64,000 bases of DNA, from positions 2,176 to 66,175 of the IMG/VR virus record IMGVR_UViG_3300012943_000029; one strand, 5' to 3'. Position numbers and translations under genes: made by a program. Origin of the DNA: a virus. The notes beneath the pieces were generated by a model that was given only the letters and a program-made list of their open reading frames with translations, did no database searches and was not told where the DNA came from. Positions 38,801 through 45,972 of the stretch are shown in pieces; within the stretch, counting starts at the first letter, position 1, and every line of letters begins with the position of its first letter.

Positions 38801-38833
38801 ACATCTGGTGAACAGTCTGACGAGTTCTACTAA
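29801..38833 (+). CDS. giant virion structural protein (3010 aa), probable baseplate wedge/fibre-attachment protein
   Basis: Uninterrupted ORF right after gp6, own late promoter, two TIDG..GDRVL modules. Confidence 0.75.
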   Translation: MAQNIDFNKLVPGTLKNEMLDSLVKNLFNRFVSQEDSVLVSGRIGTPVEGDSDIKQPNLERQENELVPGLTFSAGKERFVFTFDDLVNKMEVLGIDVASLRGWMAEQTFNYSPPIDYDRFINYANYYWTGKAINDAAPVWSPDNSPEYYVIERPRPNDLVKMPVRLATTRNINRQINDRPTETLTIEFTSTTTFGVTSDIDPNVFGSVGSISPTPGDQTLVVVKTNDTGTAPSLDAPGLPDYDLVQLYIIGGTMPFAAGDQIVIEITYYTSNIYISVVSPNLIGKGTASGVATLSPFMYIDGEQVEIGDRILVKDQTDASENGIYTVVRGSQWVRTFDAVSVDNLQDGVKVYVNGGATLAGNTYTLTNTANAGIPPYDFPTDLNFALTSTTDPSPVNEWQIYNYWVHKDDIYQYANLGVTLGNVQQANRPIIEYNNRLHLNSAIDGAGGPAEPGVGHIDVQQVKTRFNQIPQFDLYRYDGTHAGATSGIWYFLEDPNFETDAVLQRRVAITANSDYIFGCAATDDAGRLYYYKVDGELQSIWAPGPDVTATSTPLFVGVSVDSAGTVVFNSLGATADNQHWTVRFSSATSAEVIGSRSGSVGTLTVGTAFTCDDFNVTISAGVDPYADGDVFTFNVYNKLAPRYIKEDVDGSIINYPGGYAADQALTEPVGAWLTPSRMFQNMFRETREEIAFGDFLTHARSVLKWQDGFTGSSFGNNNSRTLDFDPGLGGQIREFGSNFPLLASMLIEQDISPLTILTFAEQQYNVALSSIDQFIIDEVPGYLSAIGQIETTVINASAPDILALEAYFEKLRGEDVNLSGIYSDSTSLVENWPATLPMIGLLPKVQPDIVLDNEMNAYVIRHHDGHVSTLAAFDQVMNTKLAKTVVKRSDGNTTPGFFLSTTPAYPTNTPYASQLWFKTTDGTLMVFNVRYDAEPLSPLDGETWYKRDVNQVWIWDATFNTWSPSVNPPSSYWIPFTPENVRNSLVLAVEQKLYNSVHPAQQINLDMATDVNASPQAGTYAEIELATFAAKYNYDIYGPDYDAANAFTWNYSQAVPTLSDFPGFVTVPARWNKILEEYFGAQVNTISTDRPDLFPWRLGTAACPAVDSDVAPTSPIDWNATYKNTIAATSNAVAAKVVSIADVPTPLMGLITIDGYVLQAGDRVLLLGQLLPEQNGLYVAAAGGWSRTADPIVTGLTVNVSAGASQAGTTWVLTTIGAITVNITPLTFDQSRIWSNQMWADIKVYNPGVRLSVNTVTDALLAPYVASAIQPGYTLPPAQAVEALTSTIPAGTNLGYQFGDDGPVELVWTKSLEYNYGIARTYFKLFPLKFLDASWGETYVSTGDNLRIERNLATSLSSKKFLLHGERLNIINSYRPQLKAQFDQYVLDGDIVWGADFGGVVEFKVTHVASTGQVGPLPTFANLGPSATVFNIIIDGVPTNTYVYEGVPFTFTYGTAPDDVAFTSITIDDFGIPFELNDVITIGFSPDTITTEIPTIGTDFVYGLLGCEGCVADATPDPSTIITIIPGAAAFGFTAGQVKVFKGTGQWFTNLMRYSTVDTNASTSALAYRGWDIRLVHRLGALIRPETLNIIAAAGKMPTTGYSMLLKRSEKTKSLWISGLRVQVVQMGAKILNPGGLYVPKNDASDWIFRLEVYNPYHPLIEYNIFGGDPTLNQPAVGTFTTFNVLDQRTTSLVWKRYNQPTATETSTMPVQIIGLQNLLNLIYGYVGQLEEQGFLTNTGKALIDKATGRAVDWQLEVEKLINTIYTGVNAGSGIIVNPFMEKLFLDTPIGLMSRYTETKFIDHSSAQACYDVIGSVIPVNKLSVIRTDPNTITYSKTPIFSAHVFIDEYEHAILFNDHFSGDPTSAAIFDQFLGSYMNTAALSFNRQNRVDGKPTFDGFFLNDDNIIRNPTSNVDALARAYDAGQTFNEPKMAEHALALIGYKSKDYFNNINISDQTQLDFWRGMIGAKGTNLTIDAFTNYKEFLNSSVDEFWAYKLATYGDDRERSFPEVKIEPNDCTRQFTGIQFNSTEYPQSALPLYMQVAEYDDTRWFSIDDLGTMLRFDADALTETVVVSADDFAASPYVILQNIFHTGDAAPITSGGSSLVAANILEVPSAGTYTVTGFTWINPTKLSPIKLFDYSTDTLVTQVSLWHPAIGIHEPTALELVNIRSSGDPAHYSYTTLTTDNPNYLALKPWNEQEVGRVWWDTSTLAYTPYYDALTFPNRETRHNRWGSLAEYASVDLYQWTASDYHPSEYNEAAAEQEGDSSIDQSVRLSGEVGFTNYYRAERSITIKPIAWSQTSSSNGLAHPAFGPATFVKVFNSNNRLVVDTGRLASINIVTGYNFGGWSDDGITQKPVGEVVIGTDVIYDVGSSVSPAAPVVLSNDVTIDDIEVTGIDDSIAFGTRIGQISIAGVETSPFVPAIPYDDNGTPGDPSDDTLAVDAVPATYVARLTDQNGFFQDLPLSDWSSADLSTNSKIVLAFDKFGLQLTLTRAGVGIVTAQELANSLNGTANDVFVREAVDYTSIVALPDVMFSNNASDSPNYGWKVWQIPTQAQLRADLAYPNNKWQPYIGDSSTVLITADVAAAMNSSANTWNLVNGITINRYTSAWSEWVKLQNTSKTIVSDSLTAPTFTFENETELDANRLSIYANGIQIAPAQIVISDNTATAVNTQPEGTLMYALYRPYQPTASDLAFDPTVEDDFQVQTWYKVDYQYTERVIRNSAGNISGKKYYFWVKNKTVPETNKSMSLEQAADLLRYGSSTYMIFSRLVTDTNAESGTAYDSCAISGLTRLITKTGSYKLRFLRDFTLRDDPEELKLKNVHTEWKLIRQHMSDKIPAQLWALLTNSVCAQDVAGNPLPSTTRINYDEKYGTNTRFGFESDQIFVDSTLAINSIVNTILNTSLTITIGNISIVDYITALNISSSTTEDQLKAMWFSTPAQSRATMNLIYSTSRASQINEIFFSVLSDALANNYEFTDLFKTSLITVNSTTIVKAQTSGEQSDEFY

Positions 38834-38834
38834 G

Positions 38835-41800
38835 ATGGCAACATACAGCGTCGCATCACAGTCAAGCCAATACCTGCAATCGCTGGTAGACTACGTTCTT
38901 GATGTCAAGCCTTACCACACCAAGGTAAGCCAGTCCGGTGCGGTTTCCGAAAGCTACATCTTCTCTGATGCCATCAATGTCAGCCTCACTGAGAACAACG
39001 TTGCGCGCACCTACCTTGGTGCCGACCTCATGCCAGACAGCTTCACGCTGCTTGGTGTTCGCGAGCGTGAGACATACAGCTGGTGGCAGGAACTTGTTTC
39101 GGACGGCGTGCGCCTCTCATGGCCGATGCCGCTCTTCTCAAACCCAAAGTTCGCCTCACAGGCGCGCCTTGAGAAGTTCGTCAACGCTCCAGATACGCTC
39201 GCGCTCCACAACAGCGAGTTTGCTACTGGTCAGCTTCAAGAAATTCCAGGTCTCACGTCAGGCGTCTTCAACCAAAAGCGCTGGGACGGACCAGGTATCA
39301 CCGACGTTCGCCTCAACGATACCCATCTTCAGGACACGATTGATTACACGCTTAGCCATGGTGTGTTTACGTTCGACATCCTAAACGCTGGTGCCACGAT
39401 GCAGTGGATCAGGCACGACCTCAACACCGACTGGAACGTTGAGATCGGCTACGACGGCCTGCCAGCTCCGCCACCAATGAACCCATTCGGTGGCAATGAT
39501 GGCTCACTCATCTACAAGGACGTCGTCAGCCAGTCAGGCATGCTCATCGACGTTACTGGCGAAACGTTTGAAGAGTTCAAAGCAGTCTGTACCTTCGGCA
39601 CTGATAGCATCGGCTACGTTGAAGGTTCTACACCGACTGTTCTCACGATCTACGCCGCATCGGACGACTTCACGGCACCTCTCGGCACTGTAAACTTTGG
39701 TGACACCTTCACGCTCACGAGCGGTCCAGATACCCGCATTGAGTTCACCTTCACGTTCGCGCCTGGTGAAACTCAGGAGACGGCGCTCGTTGATGATGAG
39801 TGGCTCATCTCACCGTTCAACCGCATCACGATCGCTCCTGGCGCCACCGAGGAAACGTGGTCGCTTATCAAGAGCAACCCTATCCGCCTCGTTGGTGCAC
39901 CGCTCTTCAACGGCAACCCAATGGTTGCTGGTGGACCGGCCATCGAGATCCACACCCGCTCAATTGAGCTGACGCCAGCCTCCACGTGGAGCTTGACGTT
40001 CGTTGGTGATGGCACCTACACCCTGAACTCATCGCTTCCTGGCTACCCAAAGACAATCAGCCTCATTGATGGTTGCTCATACAAGAGCGTCATCGATGTT
40101 GGAGCCAGCGAGTACATCGACATTGCCTTCACCATCATCCCGACGGTCGATGGCTGGGCTGCAGGTGACGTGTTCACCTGGGAAATTGGCGCAGATGAAG
40201 CGCACTACAAGGTATTCGGCAGCGTGTCTGGTTGGCAGGCTGATGCCACGGTTGGTGAATGGTACTGGAACGGCAGCATTGGCTTCAAGATCCCAAAGCT
40301 TGACTACTTTACGCAGGCCTCCACATCCACAATCGCCGTGTCAGAGGACGATGGTACCACGTGGAACATCGCGATCAGCAACCCACAGGTGCTCAAGTCG
40401 GTCATCTTCAGCAACGGCGCCTTCTTCACCACTGGTTCGGACTCGGTCGTTGCAGCTTCTAGCGACGGCTACACCTGGACATCTGATGTTCAGTCACTCT
40501 TCGTGCCAAACCCTAACGAGGTTCTCGTCATTCAAGGCGAGGCCGGTGTTGTGGCAGTTTCTGAGGACGGTGACACGTGGGTAATTGAAACCACGAACGT
40601 CATCTATGATCTTCACAGCTCAACGATGATCCCTGACTTCCTCTCATCAACGATCTTGGGTCCTAACGACCTTAACTGCATCATCGTCGTAGGTGATGGT
40701 GGTACGATCATCACGTCTACAAATGGTACCGGCTGGGCAATTCAGAACAGCGGCACCACGCTGAACCTCAACTCAGTAACATGGTCTGACGACGGCGCGA
40801 TCGGTCCAGATGACGGCATCATTGCCGTCGGTGTCAATGGCACGATCCTTCGCTCAACTGACCGCATCACCTGGACCCCAATCGTATCGAACACGACTGA
40901 GGATCTCCGCTGCGTCATCTATGAGCCAACGTCAAACGCCTTCATCGCCGTCGGTGATGGTGGTACGATCATCCGCTCGACCGACAAGGGTCTGACATGG
41001 GTCAACCTTGGCATCTTTGCTGACGGTGACTTCAGCTCTGTCGCGTATGGTGATGGCACGTTCATCGCCGTCGGCCCATCAGGCTACATCGCCACCTCCA
41101 CCGACGGCGTCGCCTGGACGCGTGTGGCTGGTCGCCCATTCAACTCAATCGCCTACGGTCCACCGGGTCCAGGCGGAAAGTTTGTCGCTGTAGGTGGAAC
41201 GCTGAACCTCCAGGTTCCATTCACCCCAGCAAACATTCGCACGCACGCTCTCACTGGTCCACGCCGTGAGCCAAGCGCAATGCTTGAGCCATCTGTCTAC
41301 ACGATCACCTTCACAAAGGGCTCTGACACCGGACTTGGTGTTCCAGCTCAGGGCAAGGTGTTCAACAGCATTCATGGCTACGGCCCGAACCTTACTACGG
41401 GTGAGGTGTGGACCGACGGCTTCACTGCCTTCCAAATCGACACGATCCTCGATGAGCTCGAGTTCAATCCTGGCGATACCGTTGCGGTGTACATAGCGCC
41501 AAACCTAGACGTCACAGTCGATGCCGGCTACGATGCATTCCCATACGACAGCATGCGTTACGACGCCAACAACACGAACGTCACCGTTCCATGGCTGTAC
41601 AGCAGCGAGCTGTACCCACTGTACCACGCGCATGGCGCGGTCATTATCCCTTCTGCTGCGAACAACGATGACGTCATCATTGACAAGGCATTCCTTGATC
41701 GCGTGAAGTTCAGGATCGTCGGCGCAACAGCTAACTTCCCAGAGCTCGGAGCCGTCGGCGACTGGCTGCCGCTGTTCTTCAAGTACTCGGACAACGTTGA

Positions 41801-42848
41801 CAGCAACCTCGTCTCAACGTCGGTCGCCGACTTCTCAGACCTCGGTATGTTCGTTGAGGCGTTCAGCGCCGCAACTGGTCAGCGCGTCTTTAAGATCATC
41901 TCACCTCGCTTCAACAAGACCAACCGCGCGTCGATGACGACGCTGGTGCTTGATGAGGACTTCTTCGCCGACTACATGCCGTTCAACACGAGGTACTCAA
42001 TCCTCGTTGAGCCAGATCAGACCTACGGTCAGACAATCCGCGTGAAGGTGACTGAAGAGCTGAAGGTGTTCGCTCGTGTCAACCTCATCTTTGATGAGAT
42101 CATGCCGATCGTTATCAGCGAGGACCCTGTCCAGTGGTTCATCACTGGCGGCTCGATCATGTTCACCGACCTTATGAACGTCGAGTTCATTGAGGGCGGC
42201 GCTCTTCCAGTTGCTGGCTACGACTACCTCGGTTACGACGACTTCCCATATGACTTCTCGGCCGCCGTCGTTCTAGGTGGTAACAATGAGCCACACTACG
42301 TGCCGGCGCTTCTCGTTGGCTGGGTTGAGACGTCGCCTGGCGTGTTCACCTACACTGGTGACAACAATGACTGGGTCATTCCAAATGGAACACCTGGCAC
42401 CACGTTCGGTACCTCAGTAAGCGAGGAGCCAGCAAACGTCGTCGGATCAAGCATGACCGAGGGCCTGTCCATCGTGATGCAGGAAGTTATCGCTGGCGCC
42501 CTGCCAGTTGGCACCCGCCACATCACGGTCATCTACGACTTTGCCCTTGCAGATCAGGCCCAACCTGGCTACCTGTTCAACAAGAAGGGCGTCAGCATTG
42601 ACCTTCCATTCCCAATCACTGCCAACGACGTTCTATCGGTCAAGATGCTCAACGTCCCAGGCATGCCAGATGAATGGTTCCTTGCCACGCAGGCAGCTCC
42701 AGGTGTGTCCATCAAGAGCGACTATGTGGTGCTGACCAGGACCGAGATTGACTTCGGTATCGTCATCACGGACCCGAACTCGTTCGACGCCGACCTGTCT
42801 GGAATACCTGCCCCTGGCCTCTTCCGGCTGTGGATCACAACCCTCTAA
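38835..42848 (+). CDS. large virion structural protein with BNR/beta-propeller-like repeats
   Basis: DVKPYHTK N-terminal motif; repeated (I/V)AVG.GGTI.(R/T)S.D..TW blades; start moved to the ATG at 38835. Confidence 0.75.
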   Translation: MATYSVASQSSQYLQSLVDYVLDVKPYHTKVSQSGAVSESYIFSDAINVSLTENNVARTYLGADLMPDSFTLLGVRERETYSWWQELVSDGVRLSWPMPLFSNPKFASQARLEKFVNAPDTLALHNSEFATGQLQEIPGLTSGVFNQKRWDGPGITDVRLNDTHLQDTIDYTLSHGVFTFDILNAGATMQWIRHDLNTDWNVEIGYDGLPAPPPMNPFGGNDGSLIYKDVVSQSGMLIDVTGETFEEFKAVCTFGTDSIGYVEGSTPTVLTIYAASDDFTAPLGTVNFGDTFTLTSGPDTRIEFTFTFAPGETQETALVDDEWLISPFNRITIAPGATEETWSLIKSNPIRLVGAPLFNGNPMVAGGPAIEIHTRSIELTPASTWSLTFVGDGTYTLNSSLPGYPKTISLIDGCSYKSVIDVGASEYIDIAFTIIPTVDGWAAGDVFTWEIGADEAHYKVFGSVSGWQADATVGEWYWNGSIGFKIPKLDYFTQASTSTIAVSEDDGTTWNIAISNPQVLKSVIFSNGAFFTTGSDSVVAASSDGYTWTSDVQSLFVPNPNEVLVIQGEAGVVAVSEDGDTWVIETTNVIYDLHSSTMIPDFLSSTILGPNDLNCIIVVGDGGTIITSTNGTGWAIQNSGTTLNLNSVTWSDDGAIGPDDGIIAVGVNGTILRSTDRITWTPIVSNTTEDLRCVIYEPTSNAFIAVGDGGTIIRSTDKGLTWVNLGIFADGDFSSVAYGDGTFIAVGPSGYIATSTDGVAWTRVAGRPFNSIAYGPPGPGGKFVAVGGTLNLQVPFTPANIRTHALTGPRREPSAMLEPSVYTITFTKGSDTGLGVPAQGKVFNSIHGYGPNLTTGEVWTDGFTAFQIDTILDELEFNPGDTVAVYIAPNLDVTVDAGYDAFPYDSMRYDANNTNVTVPWLYSSELYPLYHAHGAVIIPSAANNDDVIIDKAFLDRVKFRIVGATANFPELGAVGDWLPLFFKYSDNVDSNLVSTSVADFSDLGMFVEAFSAATGQRVFKIISPRFNKTNRASMTTLVLDEDFFADYMPFNTRYSILVEPDQTYGQTIRVKVTEELKVFARVNLIFDEIMPIVISEDPVQWFITGGSIMFTDLMNVEFIEGGALPVAGYDYLGYDDFPYDFSAAVVLGGNNEPHYVPALLVGWVETSPGVFTYTGDNNDWVIPNGTPGTTFGTSVSEEPANVVGSSMTEGLSIVMQEVIAGALPVGTRHITVIYDFALADQAQPGYLFNKKGVSIDLPFPITANDVLSVKMLNVPGMPDEWFLATQAAPGVSIKSDYVVLTRTEIDFGIVITDPNSFDADLSGIPAPGLFRLWITTL

Positions 42849-42853
42849 GTCCC

Positions 42854-42860
42854 ATAAATA
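42854..42860 (+). promoter_or_regulatory. late promoter ATAAATA
   Basis: Intergenic, upstream of 42897. Confidence 0.7.
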
Positions 42861-42896
42861 TAGCACGTAGGTGAAAAGTGCACCAATGGAGAAATC

Positions 42897-43529
42897 ATGA
42901 GCTCAGTCAATCTTAACTTCAAGGTCAAGGGTCACGTCCTTATCAAGGACAAAAAGACCGGCGAGGTTCTTCTAGACAAGAACAACGCGATCCACAACCA
43001 GAACATGGCAGTGTCGATCGCCCGCGGCCTTTCAAACACTGACTTTGACGCCATCGGCACTCACCAAATCTTCGCCCTCGCGCTTGGTAATGGTGGCTCT
43101 GACGTCAACAACATGAGCCAGATCACGTACCTCCCGCCGAACGTGAACAACGGCGCTGCAGACCGCCTCTACAACCAGACGTACTACGAAGTGGTTGATG
43201 AGCAGCAGGTAGGAACTCCAGCGGCCAACTCAGTTACGTACCAGCAGAGCGGCATCGACACCACGTCGATCGTCATCATCACGGCAACGATCGCCGCTGG
43301 TGAGCCACTCGGTCAGGACATCTCAGACAGCCCACCAGATCCAAACCCGAACTCAGAGTTTGCGTTCGACGAGCTGGGTCTCTACACTTACGGCACGAAC
43401 GGTGCATTCAGCAACAGCGCTGTCCCACTTGACAGCCTTCTTCTGACGCACATCATCTTCTCGCCAATCTTGAAGACAGCCAATCGTGAGCTCGTCATAA
43501 CATATACCCTCACCGTGAGCGTAAGCTAA
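42897..43529 (+). CDS. baseplate/tail-fibre attachment structural protein
   Basis: LALGNGG, FAFDELGL, THIIFSPILKT pattern resembling fibre N-terminal adaptor domains. Confidence 0.55.
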   Translation: MSSVNLNFKVKGHVLIKDKKTGEVLLDKNNAIHNQNMAVSIARGLSNTDFDAIGTHQIFALALGNGGSDVNNMSQITYLPPNVNNGAADRLYNQTYYEVVDEQQVGTPAANSVTYQQSGIDTTSIVIITATIAAGEPLGQDISDSPPDPNPNSEFAFDELGLYTYGTNGAFSNSAVPLDSLLLTHIIFSPILKTANRELVITYTLTVSVS

Positions 43530-43574
43530 GACAGCACACTTGCGGTGGTATCACCACCTTAACAGAGGTATCAA

Positions 43575-44555
43575 GTGAAGCTGTCATTTCGCCAGGGCAT
43601 CATTCGAAAGGAAACAAACGCTGCGCCCACGCTAATCACGTGGAACTCAATGGCGCACACTGGCGTTGACCTCAATATTGGCCTTGGAAATTCCTTCAGC
43701 CCAGTCTCAGTGGCGTTCGGCCATTACGGTGCCAACTACGTCATTGATGAAACGAAGGACGTTGTCAATGCATGGACAGGATTTCCGCCTGCCTCAAACG
43801 TTTACCTCTATTGGGATGTTGATCTCGCTACCGGCGCGCTGTCGCGTGGCTGGACAACTATTCCATGGGTGCAAAGCTCAATAGAGCCGAACAGCCCCGT
43901 CAACAACCTCCACTGGTGGGACAACGTCAACACTCGCATGCGCGTATGGCGCAAACCAACACCGGCGTCAACTGGTGTTTGGCAAGATAAGATCCGCGTG
44001 TTTGTTGGTTGGATCCAGGGTGGCGCGACGCTGCACATCTATGCGCTTGGCTCTCAAGTCGGCATCAGCGGTAATTTTGAGGGTGGTAACCTCATTCTCG
44101 GCGCAAACAACGTACCGCTAAAGCAGCAGAACGGCACGTTCGTTACGACGGCAACTAACCTAATCATTCAGCAGACCACTGGACAGAACGTTCAGTTTGA
44201 TGCTGCCCTCATTTTCGCCGAGGCTGAAGAAGAAATTCCTGCCTTTGCATGCGTTGCGTTTCGCCCATACAAGATGGTAGCTCTCGCTGGCTTTAATCCA
44301 ACTGAGCGCTTTGTAAATGGCCTCAGTGTGCAGTCAATGGCTCAAGAAGAAGTTGGGCAGATCGTTGCTAACGGCGTGCTGCGCAATGACCAGTGGATGT
44401 GGACGCCTGCTCAAATCGGTGCACCACTTTTCTGCGGACCTACTGGTGAGGTGCAGCTCAATCCACCCATGGCCGGCTTCGTACAACAGATCGGAACTGT
44501 GTATGACACCGATGCAATCTATGTCAACATCTTTCCGCCGGTACGCGTATCATGA
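43575..44555 (+). CDS. virion structural protein
   Basis: GTG start with SD GAGG; C-terminal G.PLFCGPTGEV...QQIG module of decoration/fibre type. Confidence 0.55.
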   Translation: MKLSFRQGIIRKETNAAPTLITWNSMAHTGVDLNIGLGNSFSPVSVAFGHYGANYVIDETKDVVNAWTGFPPASNVYLYWDVDLATGALSRGWTTIPWVQSSIEPNSPVNNLHWWDNVNTRMRVWRKPTPASTGVWQDKIRVFVGWIQGGATLHIYALGSQVGISGNFEGGNLILGANNVPLKQQNGTFVTTATNLIIQQTTGQNVQFDAALIFAEAEEEIPAFACVAFRPYKMVALAGFNPTERFVNGLSVQSMAQEEVGQIVANGVLRNDQWMWTPAQIGAPLFCGPTGEVQLNPPMAGFVQQIGTVYDTDAIYVNIFPPVRVS

Positions 44556-45649
44556 GTAAGCCTGTAATTCTAGAAGATGATGGCGTATTTGGTCAGCTGC
44601 CCGACGGCGGTATCATCAACGCTGGTGGTACGACAAACCCAACATGGACGGTGGATGGTCAGGGCGTTATCCTCGATGATGGCTCTAGCAGCGGTGGTGG
44701 TTCAGGCATCACGCTACAGAAGGTCTACGACAACACACCTAACCTTGGCGGCCAGGCCTCGCTCATCCTCCAGGATGGTAAGGACCTCGTCATCAAGGAC
44801 CCAGACGATGGCACCTTCGTGTCCATATCTGGAAAGACGGGCAATACGCCAGGCAACAAGTGCAAGGTAACCATCAACGGCGACCTCATCGTCAACGGTG
44901 ACACCACTCAGATTGATACTGTAATCCAGGACAGCGACCACTGGACCATCACACCGGCATCTGGCAGCACTAAGGCACTGTCGATCTACCCAGACAACGG
45001 CGTCACGTTGACCGTTGACCTTGTTGCCATTCGCAAGATCTACGGTGGTTCGCCGATCTTTAGGATCACCAAGGATGGCGACCTTATCGCCACTGAAAAT
45101 CTTACAGTTGGCAAGGCGCTCAGCGTCGACAATGGTGATCTCGTTTGGGACCCAGCGACAAGGGCTCTAAGGCTCGGTTCTACGACCGGCACGAACAACG
45201 TTTACTACATTGGCACCCCTGGAAGCCTCTATCTGTATGGTGGTTCTAACTTGTTTGGTGTTGCGGTTGCGATCGGCTATGGCAACCCAGGTGGCGCTCC
45301 AACTGGCACAATCAGGATAAATACAACAGGTGCATGGGCATTTGACGGTGTGAACTACGGTACTACCGGGCAGGTCCTTACATCAAATGGTCCATTGACA
45401 CCACCAACTTGGCAGAACGGTGGAAGCAGTGGCCCAGGAAATGCTTCTGGCTATCAGCACATTCAAAGCAGCCCGTCCCTAACATGGACAGTCGTCCATA
45501 ACGGCAACACGCTGAGAGCCTCTGCCACCATATATGATATCTCATACGAGCAGATCATCCCAGAGCGGGTTCAAATCATTGACGCTAACACGATGACGAT
45601 CACCTTTGCATCGCCAATTGCTGGAAGTGCAGTGATTTTCATGTTCTAA
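44552..45649 (+). CDS. tail fibre-like protein
   Basis: Beta-rich; GTTGQVLTSNG motif; C-terminal Q..PS.TW...H module. Confidence 0.6.
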   Translation: MSKPVILEDDGVFGQLPDGGIINAGGTTNPTWTVDGQGVILDDGSSSGGGSGITLQKVYDNTPNLGGQASLILQDGKDLVIKDPDDGTFVSISGKTGNTPGNKCKVTINGDLIVNGDTTQIDTVIQDSDHWTITPASGSTKALSIYPDNGVTLTVDLVAIRKIYGGSPIFRITKDGDLIATENLTVGKALSVDNGDLVWDPATRALRLGSTTGTNNVYYIGTPGSLYLYGGSNLFGVAVAIGYGNPGGAPTGTIRINTTGAWAFDGVNYGTTGQVLTSNGPLTPPTWQNGGSSGPGNASGYQHIQSSPSLTWTVVHNGNTLRASATIYDISYEQIIPERVQIIDANTMTITFASPIAGSAVIFMF

Positions 45650-45662
45650 ACCTGCTCTAACC

Positions 45663-45669
45663 ATAAATA
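45663..45669 (+). promoter_or_regulatory. late promoter ATAAATA
   Basis: Intergenic, upstream of 45714. Confidence 0.7.
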
Positions 45670-45713
45670 TGTTCGACAGTCTATCATAGCACAAGCTTCA
45701 TAGGACTATTCGA

Positions 45714-45944
45714 ATGTCAAAGAAAAATATCGAGACGCAGGACATTGTTCTTGCGGCTACGCTCAAGGTTTTGGGTTACCGTCTGGAAACCATTCAGAAG
45801 GTCGGAAACAAGGGCATCTTCTTCTTCAACGATGTTGACGAGGCGGTTGTCAATGACTACGACCTCGGAAATCTGAAGGTAGAGCCAGTTGCGTTTAACT
45901 CGGCGATCAAGGCGCTCACTACGGCAAGCCGTAGGATCCTGTAA
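45714..45944 (+). CDS. small hypothetical protein (DUF5659-like pattern)
   Basis: TQDIVLAATLKVLGY...KGIFFF...YDLGNLKVEP. Confidence 0.55.
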   Translation: MSKKNIETQDIVLAATLKVLGYRLETIQKVGNKGIFFFNDVDEAVVNDYDLGNLKVEPVAFNSAIKALTTASRRIL

Positions 45945-45972
45945 GTACTAGGCTCTCAAGGGGAGAACACGA

